DNA from: an uncultured Planctomycetaceae bacterium
Lineage (GTDB): Bacteria > Planctomycetota > Planctomycetia > Planctomycetales > Planctomycetaceae
Assembly (NCBI GenBank): GCA_963976765.1
Contig: CAXBME010000015.1
Location: 175,123 to 195,122 of the forward strand
DNA: 20,000 nt
Direction: 5' to 3'
Position numbers and translations under genes: made by a program. Within the stretch, counting starts at the first letter, position 1, and every line of letters begins with the position of its first letter. Positions 17,149 to 20,000 of the stretch are shown piece after piece. The notes beneath the pieces are model-generated. The model was given only the letters and a program-made list of their open reading frames with translations, made no database searches and was not told the DNA's origin.

Positions 17149-18066
17149 ATGAACACCGCTGAGATTACTCCCGCAACGCTGGCCAGTTCCGTCGTCTCCG
17201 TCCCTCCGCTGGCTCGGAATGCGGATTACTCGTTGAACCACGGAGAGAATCAAAAACTGATCCGGCATCTGGAAGGCGGCGGAGTTTCGACGTTGCTCTA
17301 CGGTGGCAACGCAATTCTGTACCACGTTGCTCCCAGTGAGTATGTCAGTCTGCTGGAAATGATGACCGAGCTGGCTGGCGAAAACACACTGATGATCCCG
17401 TCAGTCGGACCAGCCTACGGAACGATGATGGACCAGGCCTGGCTGCTGCGGGAGTTCGATTTCCCAACTGCCATGGTTCTGCCGACCCGTGACGTCGTGA
17501 CCTCGGCAGGCGTTACGCTGGCGGTGAGAAACTTTGTCGAAGCAGCTTCCCGGCCAGCGGTGCTTTACATCAAAAATGACGGCTTCATCGAAATCGGCGA
17601 CGTCAAGAAACTGATGGATGACGGCCTGCTCTCATGGATCAAGTACGCAGTCGTGCGTGAGGACACGTCCAACGATCCCTACCTCCGCGAACTGGCGAAC
17701 ACCGTCGGCACCGAGCGAATTGTCAGCGGAATCGGCGAGCAACCAGCCATCGTTCATCTGCGAGACTTCGGCCTCAACAGCTTCACGTCAGGTTGCGTTT
17801 GCATTGCTCCGAGCAAGTCGATGGCCATGCTGAGAGCGATCAAAGCCGGCGACTTCGAAACTGCCGAGCAAATCCAAGCAACCTTCAAACCACTGGAAGA
17901 CCTGCGAAACTCCATCAACCCCATCCGAGTCCTGCACACCGCCGTCGCCCTCTCCGGCATCGCCAACACCGGCCCGATCATCCCGCTGATGTCAGAACTC
18001 AACGCCTCCGACCGACCAGCAATTCAAGCGGCAGCCGCGAAACTTCTCGAAGCCGAAAGACTGTAG
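17149..18066 (+). CDS. Dihydrodipicolinate synthase (DapA/NAL) family aldolase/dehydratase
   Basis: VVSVPPL, LLYGGNA (variant of the GxxG motif), MVLP, VLYIK, WIKYA (putative Schiff-base Lys), FTSG. Confidence 0.85.
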   Translation: MNTAEITPATLASSVVSVPPLARNADYSLNHGENQKLIRHLEGGGVSTLLYGGNAILYHVAPSEYVSLLEMMTELAGENTLMIPSVGPAYGTMMDQAWLLREFDFPTAMVLPTRDVVTSAGVTLAVRNFVEAASRPAVLYIKNDGFIEIGDVKKLMDDGLLSWIKYAVVREDTSNDPYLRELANTVGTERIVSGIGEQPAIVHLRDFGLNSFTSGCVCIAPSKSMAMLRAIKAGDFETAEQIQATFKPLEDLRNSINPIRVLHTAVALSGIANTGPIIPLMSELNASDRPAIQAAAAKLLEAERL

Positions 18067-18083
18067 GGGGTGACAAGCCTGTT

Positions 18084-19259
18084 TCACTCTTTGATCGCTG
18101 CCGCGGCGAGTGTTCCGATTCGGCCGGCGAGGGAGTTGACGGAACCTTTGCCGTCGGGATGGACGCGGTTGCTCAGGAAGATGACGAACATTTCCTGAGC
18201 AGGATCGATCCAGAGAGCGGTGCCGGTGAATCCTCCGTGACCGAAAGCGCCGGCCGAGAACAGGTCGCCGCGGTTGGATGAGTAGCCGGTTCGGCGGTCC
18301 CAGCCCAAAGTTCTGACGCCGCTGGACACTTCCTGCGAGGCCTGCATCAACTGGCAGGTTTCGGATTTAAGAATCCGTGCTTCGCCAAGGACGCCACCGT
18401 TTACCTGCATCTGGGCATAGCGTGCCAGGTCTTCGGCGGTTGAGAACAGGCCGGCGTGTCCGGCGACGCCGCCGAGCTTGTAAGCCCGCGGATCGTGGAC
18501 TTCACCTCGCATCCATTCACCGTTTCGTTCCTGGGTGGGGGCAGCTCGAAGTTTCAGATCGGCTGGTGGATTGAATCCAGTCTCGGACATGCCGAGCGGC
18601 TTGAAGACTCTTTCGTTGGCAAACTTGTCGAGTGTTTTTCCGGAAACACGCTCGACGATTTCTCCCAGCACGATGAATCCCACATCGCTGTAAATGAATC
18701 GTGAGCCGGGTTCCGCTCGCAGGTCCAGTTCGTGGATGCGGCGAAAGGCGTCAACACGACCGTGCCCGTAATCGTTGATCGAGTTGTCGGGCAACAGGCC
18801 GCTCTGATGCGTCAGGAGTTGCCGGATGGTGATGACTTCTTTGCCGTTGCTGCCGAACTCGGGGATGTACTTCACCGCTGGGGCGTCGAGTTCGACAAGG
18901 CCATCCTCAATCAGCAGCATGATGCTCGTTGCGGTGGCGATCGGTTTGGTCAACGACGCCAGATCGAACACCGTGTCAGTCGTCATCGGGACGACGTCCG
19001 GTTTCACCTGTCGCGCGCCATAGCTTTTCCGCCAGACGATCCGGCCTCGATACCCCACCAGCACGACGCAGCCGGGCATCCTTTCGTCACGCAATCCTTC
19101 TGCGACGACGTTGTCGATCGCTGCCAGCCGCGATGCACTTAATCCACAAGCGGCGGGTTCGCCCTGAACGAGCCCCGGCGGTTCGGCCAATGCTTCGGCA
19201 GCAGGCACGAACAACAGACAAAGACTCAATGCCGATCGAAACATGACGTCATGGCTCAT
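18084..19259 (-). CDS. Serine hydrolase, beta-lactamase class C/esterase-like family, exported
   Basis: FDLASLTK (SxxK), LLTHQSGL, YSD, GHAGLFST, HGGFTG, plus a signal peptide. ATG 19259 preferred over 19373. Confidence 0.9.
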   Translation of the reverse strand: MSHDVMFRSALSLCLLFVPAAEALAEPPGLVQGEPAACGLSASRLAAIDNVVAEGLRDERMPGCVVLVGYRGRIVWRKSYGARQVKPDVVPMTTDTVFDLASLTKPIATATSIMLLIEDGLVELDAPAVKYIPEFGSNGKEVITIRQLLTHQSGLLPDNSINDYGHGRVDAFRRIHELDLRAEPGSRFIYSDVGFIVLGEIVERVSGKTLDKFANERVFKPLGMSETGFNPPADLKLRAAPTQERNGEWMRGEVHDPRAYKLGGVAGHAGLFSTAEDLARYAQMQVNGGVLGEARILKSETCQLMQASQEVSSGVRTLGWDRRTGYSSNRGDLFSAGAFGHGGFTGTALWIDPAQEMFVIFLSNRVHPDGKGSVNSLAGRIGTLAAAAIKE

Positions 19260-19389
19260 CGTAAATCTCCGCTCGAAACAAAACCGCGACCGGGTCAAAG
19301 AAAAAGCGTCTGGAATGCTGAATAGCAATTTCCAGACGCTCGGGCGACTGAGTCGCGAGACTGAGTAACGCATCGTTCAACGGGCCGGG

Positions 19390-20000
19390 CTACCGGACCA
19401 GTCGAGGTTGGTCGCCGCCTCTTCCGATCCCTCGATAGATTTCGAACAGACCATCGAAGTCGTTGTCACTGACATGGTGATACTGCCCGCCGGTCGTGTC
19501 CGCTGCGTCTTCGATCGCCAGCGACTGGGCGTTCGCGCCGAGAGTGATCCCGTGAATAATGATGTCATTCTGCCTGGCAAGTTCGGCGTAGTAGTAGATC
19601 GAGTCGATCGGGTCCGCTCCTGGTGGTTCCGTTTCGTTGGCCTGGCCGTCAGTCATCAGAACCATGACCTGCTCAACCTTGTCCCCCAGGTCGTCGTATC
19701 GTGGATTAGCGACGAACTCTTCAATAGCCACCCGCATGCCACCGCCAATGCAGGTTGTTGAGGCATAAAGATTCGGTATCAGTTGGGGAATCCTTGCTCT
19801 GACGGGCTGAAAGTTCGACAACAACTGTCGTTCGAGCCGGCCGGACAGACGAGTTTCCCCTCCGTTCCCGTTCCCGTTCCCGTTTCCGTTCCCGTTTCCG
19901 TTCCCGTTCCCGTTCCCGTTCCCGTTCCCGTTCCCGTTCCCGTTTCCGTTTCCGTTTCCGTTTCCGTTTCCGTTTCCGTTTCCGTTTCCGTTTCCGTTTC
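19390..20000 (-). CDS. von Willebrand factor A domain protein, C-terminal part (5' end beyond right edge; possibly TadG-like)
   Basis: TTCIGGGM, VMVLMTDG, IIIHGITLG, TTGGQYHH. The frame stays open upstream of 19824 (GETRLSGRLERQ) through a (Gly-Asn)n tract to the window edge. Confidence 0.85.
   Translation of the reverse strand, partial: NGNGNGNGNGNGNGNGNGNGNGNGNGNGNGNGNGNGNGNGNGNGNGGETRLSGRLERQLLSNFQPVRARIPQLIPNLYASTTCIGGGMRVAIEEFVANPRYDDLGDKVEQVMVLMTDGQANETEPPGADPIDSIYYYAELARQNDIIIHGITLGANAQSLAIEDAADTTGGQYHHVSDNDFDGLFEIYRGIGRGGDQPRLVR
19861..20000 (-). repeat. Hexanucleotide tandem repeat (AACGGR)n encoding (Asn-Gly)n, at least 23 units
   Basis: + strand (YCCGTT)x23 plus a partial unit. 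The only variation is at the Gly wobble position (GGA/GGG). Confidence 0.97.

Noticed and set aside
17149..18066. Calling the aldolase dapA
   Set aside because: GGNA replaces GTTGE; family-level assignment only.
18084..19259. Beta-lactam resistance gene
   Set aside because: Motifs fit the broad serine hydrolase/esterase-amidase group; nothing indicates true beta-lactamase activity.
19861..20000. CRISPR array or telomere-like repeat
   Set aside because: No spacers; a simple hexamer repeat with synonymous-only variation in an open coding frame.
1..20000. tRNA/rRNA genes, transposases, integrases
   Set aside because: None recognised by eye; small structured RNAs cannot be excluded without an Rfam/Infernal scan.

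Overview
Bacterial window that looks like a planctomycete (ECF sigma/Ser-Thr kinase pair with a DLG motif, DUF1501 protein, stand-alone STN-repeat protein, divergent FtsQ-like gene); the taxon is an inference. The left ~8 kb is the interesting part. A >1020-codon minus-strand ORF (3061 -> off the left edge) is missing from the ORF track because its stop lies outside the window. Hand translation gives a signal peptide, a LamG-like domain and a MACPF (perforin-like) domain with the signature YGTHYPHGVTYGG. Upstream on the same strand is a secreted protein with three ~88-aa repeats. Both genes diverge from an ECF sigma factor and a membrane Ser/Thr kinase (Zn-finger, kinase, TM, LamG). A 19-bp motif TGTGAGA-N3-CTGCGATGT precedes both the kinase and the repeat/MACPF genes. 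Together these suggest a kinase/ECF-controlled pore-forming effector module. The right ~12 kb looks like ordinary chromosome: STN-repeat protein, atypical Hsp70, FtsQ-like protein, SH3-like protein with motif repeats, DNase I-like lipoprotein, DUF1501, DapA-family aldolase, serine hydrolase, and the 3' part of a VWA gene carrying an in-frame (Gly-Asn)n repeat that runs off the right edge.
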